Below, piece by piece: positions 22,725-32,128 of a stretch of DNA of 64,000 bases (the first letter of the stretch is position 1; the number at the start of each line of letters is the position of its first letter). A program made the translations under genes and the position numbers. The DNA lies in NCBI GenBank assembly GCA_017994695.1, contig JAGOKF010000002.1:21643-85642 (forward strand). Reading direction: 5' to 3'. The stretch is from Myxococcota bacterium (GTDB taxonomy: Bacteria; Myxococcota_A; UBA9042; DTJE01). The notes beneath the pieces are model-generated. The model made no database searches. It was not told where the DNA came from and worked only from the letters and a program-made list of their open reading frames with translations.

Positions 22725-24740
22725 ATGGGCCGGTATCCGGTTCGGCATCTGGTCCTCGCGTCGGTGCTCTCGGCAGCGTGGTGCGCCTGCTCCCAGAAGC
22801 CTCCGCCGGAGGCCCGGGACGACTTCACGCTCGACGCGGCTCTCCCGGCCCTGGTCCCATTGCAACTGGACGAGTTCTTCCTGGGCAACCTCGCCGCGCT
22901 GGCGGACCGGGTGCCCCGGCGGCCCGAACTGGCCGAGGCCTACGGGCGGTTCGCCCTGGGAGGACTCGCCGCGGCGATGATCGACCAGCATACCGCGCTG
23001 CCCCGCCTGCTGGGGGCCGATCCCCGGGAGCCGTCGGCCGTTCCCCGCTTCCTTCGCCAGGTCGCCCAGAAGGTCGCCGGGGCCACCCCGGACCTCGCCG
23101 GGGCGACGGAGGCCCTCGCCGCGGCCTGGGGCACCGAGGGGGACGTCTCCCCGGCCCTGGCCTTCGCGAAGGGGTCCCACCCGGCCGCGCCGGCCTTCCG
23201 GGCCCTCCTGGCGGCCCGGCTGCTGGCGGCCCTGGGAGGCGTGGCGGACTCCCCGGAAGGGGAGCGGGGCCTGGCCTTCCAGCAGGCCTTCCCGACCCTC
23301 CCCACCGCCCCCACGAACGACATCACCCGGACGGCCTTCCCCGCAGGGCTGGCCCTGCTGTCGGACCTGCTGAAGGCCGGGGCCGGGCCGGAACAGGGCC
23401 TGGGCCGGATCTTCGCGACCCTGCGGCAGCAGGCGGACGATCGCCTGGGGAACCGGGTGTTCCCCCTTCCGCTGCCCTCTGGACAGGCTGCCCGGCCCGG
23501 GGCGGTCCAGGCCGGACTCCCGGGACCCTATACCCCGCTGCTGCTGTGGGTCGTCTCCCCCGACGGGGCTTCCGCGGGGTTCCGGCCGGCCATTCGGTGG
23601 AGTCCCGAAGGGCCGTCACAGGCCTTGCCGCCGGAGGACGCGGCGTCCCGGGCCCGGTTCCCGGCCGAGGCCCTGGGCGCCCGGTCCCTCCAGGTCTCCC
23701 CGGAGGCTCGGGAGGCCTTCCAGGCCCTGGCCCGGGCCTCCGCCGAACTGGAACCCATGGCCTGGCCGAACCAGGCCGGCATCGGCATCCTCTCTGGCGA
23801 GCGGGGGGACCGGGGACTCCCGGTCCTGGTGGACCTGCGAGGGGATCCCCCGGCGAGGATCCTCCAGGGGGCCCTGGCGGTGCTGTCCCAGGCGGGCTTC
23901 ACGGACCTGCGGTTCGCGGCGCCTGGCACCGTCGGACGCAGCCTGGCCTTCTTCCACCGGAAGCCCCCTTCCCTGCCGGGCATCGCCGCCCTGGCGGGAC
24001 CCCGGGTGCTGGTGCTGGTGGGGTCCTCCTCGGCGAAGGTCTTCGGCCCGCCGGGGGCCCAGAAGGTCTCCCGGGAGGGTTGGCCCGAGGGAGTCCAGGC
24101 GGGTTCCGCGGGCCAGGGTCCCCTGCGGGTCGAGGTGCCCTGGAGCCGCGAGGAGGGATTCCGGGGACGGCTGGCCCAGGTCGTGGGCCTGTGGAGGGAA
24201 CGGACCCGGGCCGGGGTCCCCGTGGACGTCCTGGCGGCCTCGATGGATCTCCCCGCCCTGGCGATGCTGGACGCCGCCCAGGAGGTCTTCGCCTCCCCGG
24301 GTCCGCCCTTCGGGGACCTGGGAACCTGGTTCCCGGGCCTGTCCTGCGCCCAGGGTGGCGCCTGCCCGGCGGCCATCCCGGTGATCTTCAGCGATGCGAA
24401 GCCCCCGAAGGAGAAGGTCCAGGTCACGGTCACCGAAACCCGTCCCGCGGGGTTCTGCGATCCCCAGGCGGTCCAGCGGACGATCCTGGGCCGGTCCGGC
24501 GCCTACCGGGCCTGCTACGAACAGGAACTGCAGCGCTACGGCCGGCTGGAGGGACGGCTGGAACTGCGCTTCACCATCGAGCCCGACGGGAGCGTGTCGG
24601 GCATCACGGTGGTCCAGAACGAACTGAACCGCACCGTCGAGGCCTGCGTGATCCGCCAGGTCAGCCAGTTGAAGTTTCCGAAACCGGACGGGGGGGTCTG
24701 CGTGATCCGGTGGCCCTTCCGCTTCCAGCCCGGAGGGTGA
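22725..24740 (+). CDS. Lipoprotein with an AgmX/PglI-type (TonB-C-like) C-terminal domain
   Basis: It has a signal peptide plus Cys (MGRYPVRHLVLASVLSAAWCAC). The C-terminus 'YRACYEQELQRYGRLEGRLELRFTIEPDGSVSGITVV...VEACVIRQVSQLKFPKPDGGVCVIRWPFRFQ' matches the myxobacterial AgmX/PglI C-terminal domain pattern. Confidence 0.6.
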   Translation: MGRYPVRHLVLASVLSAAWCACSQKPPPEARDDFTLDAALPALVPLQLDEFFLGNLAALADRVPRRPELAEAYGRFALGGLAAAMIDQHTALPRLLGADPREPSAVPRFLRQVAQKVAGATPDLAGATEALAAAWGTEGDVSPALAFAKGSHPAAPAFRALLAARLLAALGGVADSPEGERGLAFQQAFPTLPTAPTNDITRTAFPAGLALLSDLLKAGAGPEQGLGRIFATLRQQADDRLGNRVFPLPLPSGQAARPGAVQAGLPGPYTPLLLWVVSPDGASAGFRPAIRWSPEGPSQALPPEDAASRARFPAEALGARSLQVSPEAREAFQALARASAELEPMAWPNQAGIGILSGERGDRGLPVLVDLRGDPPARILQGALAVLSQAGFTDLRFAAPGTVGRSLAFFHRKPPSLPGIAALAGPRVLVLVGSSSAKVFGPPGAQKVSREGWPEGVQAGSAGQGPLRVEVPWSREEGFRGRLAQVVGLWRERTRAGVPVDVLAASMDLPALAMLDAAQEVFASPGPPFGDLGTWFPGLSCAQGGACPAAIPVIFSDAKPPKEKVQVTVTETRPAGFCDPQAVQRTILGRSGAYRACYEQELQRYGRLEGRLELRFTIEPDGSVSGITVVQNELNRTVEACVIRQVSQLKFPKPDGGVCVIRWPFRFQPGG

Positions 24741-24743
24741 GCG

Positions 24744-25877
24744 ATGTCGATTCCCTGGAACTACGACCTGCTGATCTTCGACATGGAGGATGCCCTGGTG
24801 GACCAGTCGGTCAGCCTGTGCACCGCCCTGTCCCGGGCCGTGGACACCTACCTGACCGTGCTGATCGGCGTGGGACCCGACGAGGCGCCGCTGTTCACCC
24901 CCGACGAGGTCCGGTCCTTCCAGGAGGCGATGGACTTCGAGTCCGACGAGGCCGTGCTCGAGGCCCTGCTGGTCCACGCCCTGGACCTGCTCCCCGAGGA
25001 CCTGGACGAGGGGTCCTTCGAGGGCGCCGACGGCCGGGAGATGCTGGATGCGGTCCGGACGGGCCATCATGTCCGGGCCACCCTGGCCGAGATCCGGGCC
25101 CGGAAGAACCTCCCGGGCTTCCAGAAGTCCCTGCGACACCTGGGGGGAGGGAAGCGCGGCCTGCCGCGCCTGCGGACCCGGAACCGGTGGATGGTGATGG
25201 CCGAGGGCCACATCATGATGGACAACCTGGTCCGGCGGGTGCTGGCGGAGGTCTTTCTCGGGGAGGACCTGTTCCAGAAGGAATTCGGCCGGGGAAGGCA
25301 GTTCTACCTGGGCGACGGCACGCTGGACCTGGAGACCGGCTGGCTCACGGTCCAGGACCTCACCTTCCTCCGGCAACGGTGCCCCCTGGCGACCCTCACC
25401 TCCCGGAGCCAGGCGGAGGCCCAAGCGGCCCTGGAGGTCCTGGGCATCGCCTCCCTGATCGAGGTCGTGGTGGGACGGGACTCGCAGGGCATGGGCGTCG
25501 CCGACGCCGAGGAAGTGGACTTCGTCCGGTCCCTGGGCATCGGCGCGACCCTGATGGCGGACTACGCGGTGCGGGTGACCGAGGCCATCGAGCGGGTCCG
25601 GGCCCAGGAGGGCATCGAGAACCTGACCCGGGTCGGGTGGATCGGCAACTGCGCCCGGGAGGGACGCAACTTCCAGACCCTGAAGGAACGGTATCGCCTG
25701 ACCTGCATCGGGGTGGCCTTCGGATCCGACCGAAAGACCCTTTCCCTCCAGCGGGAGCGGGGAGCGGATCTGGTGGTCACCGAACCTTCCCAGTTGCTTC
25801 GGGTGCTGCCCGAGCGCCCGAAGCCCCGGGGACCGGAATCGTCCAGGCACCCGGAACCGGGTCGCCGCCGCTACTGA
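24744..25877 (+). CDS. HAD-superfamily-like hydrolase (motif I variant 'FDMEDALVD')
   Basis: The N-terminal 'LLIFDMEDALVD' resembles HAD motif I, but with Glu in place of the second Asp. Downstream S/T and Asp-rich motifs are weak. Confidence 0.3.
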   Translation: MSIPWNYDLLIFDMEDALVDQSVSLCTALSRAVDTYLTVLIGVGPDEAPLFTPDEVRSFQEAMDFESDEAVLEALLVHALDLLPEDLDEGSFEGADGREMLDAVRTGHHVRATLAEIRARKNLPGFQKSLRHLGGGKRGLPRLRTRNRWMVMAEGHIMMDNLVRRVLAEVFLGEDLFQKEFGRGRQFYLGDGTLDLETGWLTVQDLTFLRQRCPLATLTSRSQAEAQAALEVLGIASLIEVVVGRDSQGMGVADAEEVDFVRSLGIGATLMADYAVRVTEAIERVRAQEGIENLTRVGWIGNCAREGRNFQTLKERYRLTCIGVAFGSDRKTLSLQRERGADLVVTEPSQLLRVLPERPKPRGPESSRHPEPGRRRY

Positions 25878-27280
25878 GGACCGCCGTAGGGGGCCACCTC
25901 GGCCACCGTCATCGTCTCCCGGCGCATCACCAGGCGGACCGTCCCCGTGGGCCCGTTGCGCTGCTTCGCGACGATCACCTCGAGGATGCCCCTGTCCTCG
26001 TCCTTGGTGTTCTCCTTCTCGTAGTACTCGGGGCGGTACAGGAACATCACGACGTCGGCGTCCTGCTCGATGGCCCCGGACTCCCGGAGGTCGCTCAGCA
26101 TCGGTCTCTTGTCCTTCCCCGGCCGCTGCTCCGGCGCCCGGGACAACTGGGACAGGGCCACCACGGGGATTCCCAGTTCCTTCGCCATCGCCTTCAGGGA
26201 CCGGGAGATTTCGCTGATCTGCTGCTCCCGGCTCACCCGCTTGTCCGCCGGTTCCATCAACTGCAGGTAGTCCACCATGACCAGGTCCAACCCCTCCCTC
26301 CACTGGAGTCGCCGGGCCTTCGCCCGCAGTTCCAGCACGGAGATCCTCGGGGAGTCGTCCAGGAAGATCGGGAAGGTCTTCATCTGGGCCCGGGTGGCCT
26401 CCAGCACCCGCATCTCCGCCTCGGCGAGCTGCCCGGTCCGCAATCGCCCCGCGTCCACCCCGCTCCGGATCGCCAGCAGGCGGTCGGTGATCTGGGTCTC
26501 GTTCATCTCGAGGCTGCAGAAGAGCACTGTCGCCGGCTCCCCGTCCCCCCGGGCCCCGACCGCGGCATTGATGGCCAGGTTCAGCGCGAAGGCGGTCTTG
26601 CCCATCGACGGGCGGGCGGCGACGATCACCAGGTCGGACTTCTGGAACCCCCCGAGCATGCGGTTCAGGTCGGCATAGCCCGTGGTGACCCCGGTGATGG
26701 GGCTCCTCTGCTCGTACTGCTGGCGGACCTTCTCCATCGACCGGTCGACCGCCTCGGCCAGCGTCACGACCGACCGCCGGACCTGGTCCTCCCGGATGGC
26801 CAGGACCCGTTTCTCGGCTCGATCCAGGTACTCCTGGGGCTCGATCTCGGCCCCGTATCCTTCGGACACGATGGTGCCGGCCGCCTGGATCATCCGGCGC
26901 ACCAGGGCCCGCTCCCGGATGATCCGGGCCTGGGCGTCGATCCCGCTGGGGGAGGAGGCCTCCCGCACCAGGTGCGACAGGAAGGCCGGCCCGCCCACGA
27001 AGTCCAGATCCCCCTGGTTCCGCAGGGCGTCCGACACGGTGACGACGTCGATCCCGTGCTGGTTCTCGAAGAGGCGGATCATGGCCTGGAAGATCCGCTG
27101 GTGCCGCTCCAGGAAGAAGTCCTCGACGGACAGGTGTTCCAGGGCGGCGGCCATCGACGCGGCGTCCAGCAGGATCGTCCCCAGCAGGGCCTCCTCGGCC
27201 TCGGGGCTGTGGGGAAGGGGGAGTTCCCCGGGACCGACGTGCCGGACGGGTCGGGATTTCCTGGGAGGACGGGTCTCCAT
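25871..27280 (-). CDS. dnaB: Replicative DNA helicase DnaB
   Basis: N-terminal 'PHSPEAEEALLGTILLD'; Walker A 'ARPSMGKTAFALNLA'; RecA-like core; 'VVALSQLSR'. Confidence 0.92.
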   Translation of the reverse strand: METRPPRKSRPVRHVGPGELPLPHSPEAEEALLGTILLDAASMAAALEHLSVEDFFLERHQRIFQAMIRLFENQHGIDVVTVSDALRNQGDLDFVGGPAFLSHLVREASSPSGIDAQARIIRERALVRRMIQAAGTIVSEGYGAEIEPQEYLDRAEKRVLAIREDQVRRSVVTLAEAVDRSMEKVRQQYEQRSPITGVTTGYADLNRMLGGFQKSDLVIVAARPSMGKTAFALNLAINAAVGARGDGEPATVLFCSLEMNETQITDRLLAIRSGVDAGRLRTGQLAEAEMRVLEATRAQMKTFPIFLDDSPRISVLELRAKARRLQWREGLDLVMVDYLQLMEPADKRVSREQQISEISRSLKAMAKELGIPVVALSQLSRAPEQRPGKDKRPMLSDLRESGAIEQDADVVMFLYRPEYYEKENTKDEDRGILEVIVAKQRNGPTGTVRLVMRRETMTVAEVAPYGGPQ

Positions 27281-27369
27281 CGCCGTGCAGCATAGAACCC
27301 GCCTCCCCGGGGATCAAGGGGGCCCCCGGCCGATTGACGCCGCCGGGAGGGCACCGTAAGTTGTGCGCG

Positions 27370-29145
27370 ATGGAGACGCCCCGCATCCAGGTCCTCCCGG
27401 AAGAGACGATCAACCAGATCGCCGCCGGCGAGGTGGTGGAAAACCCGGCATCGGTGGTCAAGGAACTGCTGGAGAACGCCCTGGATGCGGGAGCGACGCG
27501 GATCGGGGTGCTGCTGGAAGAGGGCGGGATCGGCCGGGTCGAGGTCTGGGACGACGGGTGGGGCATGTCGCCCGAGGAGGCCCGCCTGGCCCTGCAGCGC
27601 CACGCCACCAGCAAGATCCGCCGGGCGGAGGACCTGGACCGCCTGGCGACCCTGGGGTTCCGGGGAGAGGCCCTGCCCTCCATCGCCTCGGTCTCCCGCT
27701 TCACGCTGGTCAGTCGCCGGGCGCAGGACGATGCGGGGATCCGCATCGAGGTCCTGCCCGAAGGCCTCCGGGAACGGCCCGAGGCCTGCCCCGCGGGCAC
27801 CCGGGTGATCGTCGAGGACCTCTTCCACAACGTCCCGGCCCGGCGGAAGTTCCAGCGGGGGGAACGGGCCCAGGTCTCCTCGGTGACGGAGGTCGTGATC
27901 CGGGCGGCCCTGGCCCGCCCCGACGTGCACTTCACCCTGTCGTCCCAGGGACGCGGCCTGCTGGACCTGCCTCCCTGTCCCGATCTGGCCAGCCGGGCCC
28001 CGGCCTGCCTCGGCCGGGAGGCCCTGGGTCGCCCGGTCTCCGTGGTGGCGAACCGTCCCGACGGAATCGCCGTGGAGGGGGTCCTGGGGGAGCCCTCCCG
28101 GGCCCGGGCCGATTCCTCCCGACTGGTGTTGCTGGTCAACGGGAGGCCGGTCCAGGACCTGGGTCTTCGCCGATCGGTGCTGCTGGCCTACGGCGTGCTG
28201 GTCCCTCCGGGAAGGTTCCCGGCGGCGGTGCTGCACCTTCGCCTTCGTCCGGAGGAGGTGGACGTCAACGTCCATCCCCGGAAGATCGAGGTGCGGTTCC
28301 GGTCCGCCCGGGAGGTCCAGGGCGCCGTCTTCGAGGCCTGCCGGGAGGCCCTCGCGTCCACATCCTGGGTCGGGGACCCGGCATCCTTCTCCGGGAACCC
28401 GGTCCCCGTGTCCGGCTCCCAGGAAATCCCTTCCCGGGGGCCCGGGGTCCCGGCGGAATGGGATTCGATGCGAATCGCCGGGGAACCGGGAATCCGGGAG
28501 GCCGTCGCCTCCTCAAGTCCCCTCCCGTCCCTGGGGGACCTCCTCCATCCCCCGGCCCCCCGGGGTCGATGGTCGTCGCTGCGCTACGTCGGGCAGGTGG
28601 GGGACAGCGTGCTGGTCCTCCAGGGGCCGGGGACGATGGTGCTGGTGGACCAGCACGCGGCCCACGAGCGGGTCCATTACGACGCCCTCTGGCGGGGGAT
28701 CCGTTCGGGAACCGTGGCCCGGGAAGCCCTGCTGTTTCCCGAGGTGGTCCGCCTGGAGGACCGGGAGGCCTCCCGGCTGGCGGAGGCGGTGAAGGTCCTG
28801 TCGGACCTGGGATTCGACGCCGAGGCGTACGGGGGGACCTCCGTCGTCGTCCGGGCCCTCCCGGCGGTGCTCCGGGGGAAGGCCGTCGGCCCGGCGGTCC
28901 GGGAGGTGGCGGCCGCCCTGGCCGACGACTCCGTCCGGAGCGGGGTGGAGCCTCTGGAGAAGGCCGTGGCCACGGTGGCCTGCCATGCCTCGGTCCGGGC
29001 CGGGGACCCCCTGGGGGAGCCGGAGGTCCGGGCCCTCCTCCAGGCGATGGACCACGTGGAGGACCTCGCGGCCTACTGCCCCCACGGCCGCCAGGCGGTG
29101 GTGGTCTTCCCGCTGGAGACGGTGCTCCGATGGTTCGGCCGATGA
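27370..29145 (+). CDS. mutL: DNA mismatch repair protein MutL
   Basis: GHKL ATPase motifs 'INQIAAGEVVENPASVVKELLENALDAGA' and 'GFRGEAL'. Confidence 0.92.
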   Translation: METPRIQVLPEETINQIAAGEVVENPASVVKELLENALDAGATRIGVLLEEGGIGRVEVWDDGWGMSPEEARLALQRHATSKIRRAEDLDRLATLGFRGEALPSIASVSRFTLVSRRAQDDAGIRIEVLPEGLRERPEACPAGTRVIVEDLFHNVPARRKFQRGERAQVSSVTEVVIRAALARPDVHFTLSSQGRGLLDLPPCPDLASRAPACLGREALGRPVSVVANRPDGIAVEGVLGEPSRARADSSRLVLLVNGRPVQDLGLRRSVLLAYGVLVPPGRFPAAVLHLRLRPEEVDVNVHPRKIEVRFRSAREVQGAVFEACREALASTSWVGDPASFSGNPVPVSGSQEIPSRGPGVPAEWDSMRIAGEPGIREAVASSSPLPSLGDLLHPPAPRGRWSSLRYVGQVGDSVLVLQGPGTMVLVDQHAAHERVHYDALWRGIRSGTVAREALLFPEVVRLEDREASRLAEAVKVLSDLGFDAEAYGGTSVVVRALPAVLRGKAVGPAVREVAAALADDSVRSGVEPLEKAVATVACHASVRAGDPLGEPEVRALLQAMDHVEDLAAYCPHGRQAVVVFPLETVLRWFGR

Positions 29146-30104
29146 CCCCCGACGACCCGGCGGCCGTGGCGCTCCTCTGCGTGATGGGACCCACGGCCTC
29201 CGGGAAGACCGCCCTGTCGATCCGCCTGGCCGCGGACCTGGACGGCGAGGTGGTCAACGGCGACTCGATGCAGGTCTTCCGGGGCCTGGAGATCGGCACG
29301 GCCAGCCCGACCCCGGAGGAGCGCGGCGCGATCCCCCACCACCTCTTCGGCATCTGGGATCCGACCGAGGAGGCCGACGCCGCCCGCTGGGCCCGCCTGG
29401 CCGCCGATCGCTGCCGGGAGATCGCCGGGCGGGGCCGGGTGCCCATCCTGGTCGGCGGCACCTTCTTCTGGATCCGCGTGCTGCTGGAAGGCCTGTCGAA
29501 CATCCCGCCGATCCCCCGGGAGGTGCGCCTCCAGGTCCTGGCGGACCGGGAACGGGAGGGGCCCGAGGCGATCCACCGGCGCCTGGCCCGGGTGGACCCC
29601 GACGGGGCGGCGCGCCTGGCCCCCGGGGATTCCCAGCGGGTGGCCCGGGCCCTGGAGGTCTTCCTGGCGACGGGGACTCCCCTGTCCGTCCTCCAGCGGC
29701 AGCCCCGGGTCCCCTTCCTCCAGGCCCGGGTGATGCGCCTCGTCCCCGCGCTGTCGGTGGAGGAGACGGATCGGCGGATCGCCCTCCGGGCCCGGCGGAT
29801 GTTCGATCAGGGACTCGTGGACGAGGTGCGCCGGCTGCTGGATTCCGGCTGCCCCGCCGACGCCCGGCCACTGCGGACCCCCTCCTACGCCCCGGTGCTG
29901 GACCTCCTCCAGGGACGCTGCACCGCGGAGGAGGCCCTGGCCCGGGTCATCCTGGGCCACCGCCAGTACGCCAAGCGGCAGCGGACCTGGCTCCGGAGCG
30001 AGCCCGGACTGGTGATGGTCCCGGGGGACGCCCCCTGGGCAGAGGCCCTGGCGATCGCGACGGCCTTCCTGGGGGATGTCCGGGGTCAGCGAGGACCGGA
30101 GTAG
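29142..30104 (+). CDS. miaA: tRNA dimethylallyltransferase
   Basis: P-loop 'MGPTASGKTALS' and 'LVGGTFFWIRVLLEG'. The ATG overlaps the mutL stop. Confidence 0.88.
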   Translation: MTPDDPAAVALLCVMGPTASGKTALSIRLAADLDGEVVNGDSMQVFRGLEIGTASPTPEERGAIPHHLFGIWDPTEEADAARWARLAADRCREIAGRGRVPILVGGTFFWIRVLLEGLSNIPPIPREVRLQVLADREREGPEAIHRRLARVDPDGAARLAPGDSQRVARALEVFLATGTPLSVLQRQPRVPFLQARVMRLVPALSVEETDRRIALRARRMFDQGLVDEVRRLLDSGCPADARPLRTPSYAPVLDLLQGRCTAEEALARVILGHRQYAKRQRTWLRSEPGLVMVPGDAPWAEALAIATAFLGDVRGQRGPE

Positions 30105-30117
30105 CCGGACCGGGGGT

Positions 30118-30879
30118 TCAGAAGTCCAGCGTGGCCCGGATCTGGCGCCGCTTCTGGAACATCTTCTCCTGGCGCTCCTGCTCCTCCTTGCAGACGATGC
30201 AGAAGGTGGTCTCGGGGCGGGCCAGGAGGCGCTTGCGCCCGATGGGATTCCCGCAGGACTCGCAGATGTCGTACTCCCCTTCCTCGATGCGGACCAGGGC
30301 CTTCTCGATCTTCCGCAGCAGGAACTTCTCCCGGTCCCTCATCCGGTACTCGAAGGACTGGTCGTACTCCGTCGAGGCCTGATCCACCTCGTCGGGGGCC
30401 CGGGACTCCAGGTTCTCCTGGGCCTCCATCGTCTCCCGGGCGGACTCGATCAGGGCCTGGCGCCGCTCGCTCAGCAGTTGCCGGAACTCCTCCACCTCCT
30501 CGGGGGTGAGGCGCTTCTGGAGGTCGTCCTCCCGGACTCCACCGGCCTTCGGGGCCACGCGGGCCGTGGGCCGGGTCTCCTCCTCGGGAGGCGGTTCCAC
30601 CACCCTGGCGGGTGCCTTTGCGGGAGCCTTGGCCGGGGCCTTCGCAGGCGCTTTCGCAGGCGGGGCCGCCTTGGCCGGGGCCTTCGCCGGTGCCTTGGGG
30701 GCAGGGGCCGCCTTGGCCGGGGCCTTCGCAGGCGCTTTCGCAGGCGGAACCGCCTTGGCCGGGGCCTTCGCGGGAGCCTTGGCCGGGGCCTTCGCCGGTG
30801 CCTTGGGGGCAGGGGCCGCCTTGGCCGGGGCCTTCTTCGCCGTCACCCGTTCCTCCGATGCAGCACTCTTCTTCGCCAC
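30118..30879 (-). CDS. DksA/TraR-family C4 zinc-finger protein with an N-terminal histone-H1-like (PAKA)n low-complexity tail
   Basis: The C-terminus is 'CESCGNPIGRKRLLARPETTFCIVC' with a DksA-like coiled-coil region. The N-terminal ~90 aa are (P/A)AKA repeats. Confidence 0.8.
   Translation of the reverse strand: MAKKSAASEERVTAKKAPAKAAPAPKAPAKAPAKAPAKAPAKAVPPAKAPAKAPAKAAPAPKAPAKAPAKAAPPAKAPAKAPAKAPAKAPARVVEPPPEEETRPTARVAPKAGGVREDDLQKRLTPEEVEEFRQLLSERRQALIESARETMEAQENLESRAPDEVDQASTEYDQSFEYRMRDREKFLLRKIEKALVRIEEGEYDICESCGNPIGRKRLLARPETTFCIVCKEEQERQEKMFQKRRQIRATLDF
30611..30850. repeat. Degenerate 12-nt tandem repeat (gccttggccggg / gccttcgcaggc) with a ~108-nt higher-order duplication; it encodes the (PAKA)n tail of the DksA-like protein
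   Basis: The repeat is directly visible in the DNA. A ~55-nt block 'gccttggccggggccttcgccggtgccttgggggcaggggccgccttggccggggcc' occurs twice. Confidence 0.85.
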
Positions 30880-31081
30880 GGAAACCTCCTTCCCTACCTG
30901 GGCGTCCCCGGAAACGGCCCTGTCAGCCGGAGCCTCATTATTCGGGAGGCCTCCCGAATCGTCAAGCCACCCCCGGGCGGCGCCAGCCCTGGCCGGCCGA
31001 GCGTCCCGCGGCGGGCCTCGTTGAGGGGGGTGGCGAAACGTGGTAGGTTGCCGTGGCCCGGAACAGACCGGAGGAGTCGCG

Positions 31082-31933
31082 ATGGCCGAAACCGACCTGC
31101 GCTTCGTCGAGGATGCCCCCTACTGCCCCACCCGCTGCGAGTATCCCGTCCGCCAGGTCCTCTACCGGGGCCGGAGCGAGTTCCAGGAGTTCGCGGTGCT
31201 GGAGAGCCCCTGGTTCGGCCGGATCCTGGTCCTGGACGGCGTCGTGCAGTTCACCGAGCGGGACGAGTTCTTCTACCACGAGATGCTGGCCCACGTGCCG
31301 CTGCATTCCATGGGGGATCCCCGGCGGGTGATCGTGATCGGAGGCGGCGACGGAGGCGTGGTCCGGGAGGTCCTGAAGCACCCGACCATCGAGGAGGTCT
31401 TCCTGGTCGACCTCGACCCGGAGGTGGGCCGGGTGTCCCGGGAATTCTTCCCCACGGTCAGTTGCGGGCTGTCGGACCCCCGGGTGGTCGAGCGTCCGAT
31501 GGACGGGGCCCGGTTCCTCCGGGAATACCGGGGTCGGGCCGATGCGATCCTGGTGGACTCCACCGACATCATGGGGTTCGCCGAGAGCCTCTTCACCCCG
31601 GAGTTCTTCGCCGACGCGAACCGGATCCTCGAGGACCACGGCGTCTTCGTGACCCTCTCGGAGTCGATCCACTACCACCTTCCCATCGTCCGGCAGGTCC
31701 AGAACCTGTTGCGGGGGGCCTTCCCGCTGGCGGACCTCTACACGGCCCCCATCGCCACCTACCCCGGGTACTGGTGGTGCTTCGCCATCGGGTCGAAGGG
31801 GACCTCCTGCCGGGAACCGGTCCGGGACCCGGTCACGCCGACGCGCTACTACGGGCCGGAAGTACACCGATGGTGCTTCGTCCCGAAGGTCCTCTACGAT
31901 CGGATCCTCGAGGACGGACGGGATTCCCTCTAG
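31082..31933 (+). CDS. speE: Spermidine synthase / polyamine aminopropyltransferase
   Basis: 'RVIVIGGGDGGVVREVLKH' and 'DLDPEV'. Confidence 0.88.
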   Translation: MAETDLRFVEDAPYCPTRCEYPVRQVLYRGRSEFQEFAVLESPWFGRILVLDGVVQFTERDEFFYHEMLAHVPLHSMGDPRRVIVIGGGDGGVVREVLKHPTIEEVFLVDLDPEVGRVSREFFPTVSCGLSDPRVVERPMDGARFLREYRGRADAILVDSTDIMGFAESLFTPEFFADANRILEDHGVFVTLSESIHYHLPIVRQVQNLLRGAFPLADLYTAPIATYPGYWWCFAIGSKGTSCREPVRDPVTPTRYYGPEVHRWCFVPKVLYDRILEDGRDSL

Positions 31934-32008
31934 GAGCCGGGCCGCCGCCCGGCGCTCCGGGACTTGCCCGGGGACCGTCGCCGGCGTATGCTCTGGCCGC
32001 CTTGGACC

Positions 32009-32082
32009 CGGGGAGTAGCGCAGTCTGGCAGCGCGCCTGCTTTGGGTGCAGGATGTCGGCAGTTCAAATCTGCCCTCCCCGA
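32009..32082 (+). tRNA. tRNA-Pro (anticodon TGG)
   Basis: Hand-folded 74-nt cloverleaf: acceptor cggggag/ctccccg, U8, D-arm gcgc-agtctggca-gcgc, anticodon stem cctgc/gcagg with loop ttTGGgt, T-arm ggcag-ttcaaat-ctgcc, discriminator A. Confidence 0.85.
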
Positions 32083-32128
32083 CCCCCCGACGCGATGCCG
32101 CTCCCCGGCTTCACCAGAGAGGACGCCG

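Noticed and set aside
22778-28139. Two ~1500-aa ORFs (22778..27295 on the plus strand, 23616..28139 on the minus strand).
   Set aside because: Both are low-complexity G/P/R-rich translations overlapping well-supported genes (AgmX-like lipoprotein, dnaB, mutL). They are artefacts of GC3 bias.
30611-30850. Periodic repeats that might suggest a CRISPR array.
   Set aside because: The unit is only 12 nt and in frame. It encodes (PAKA)n within a DksA-like CDS, with no spacer/repeat architecture.
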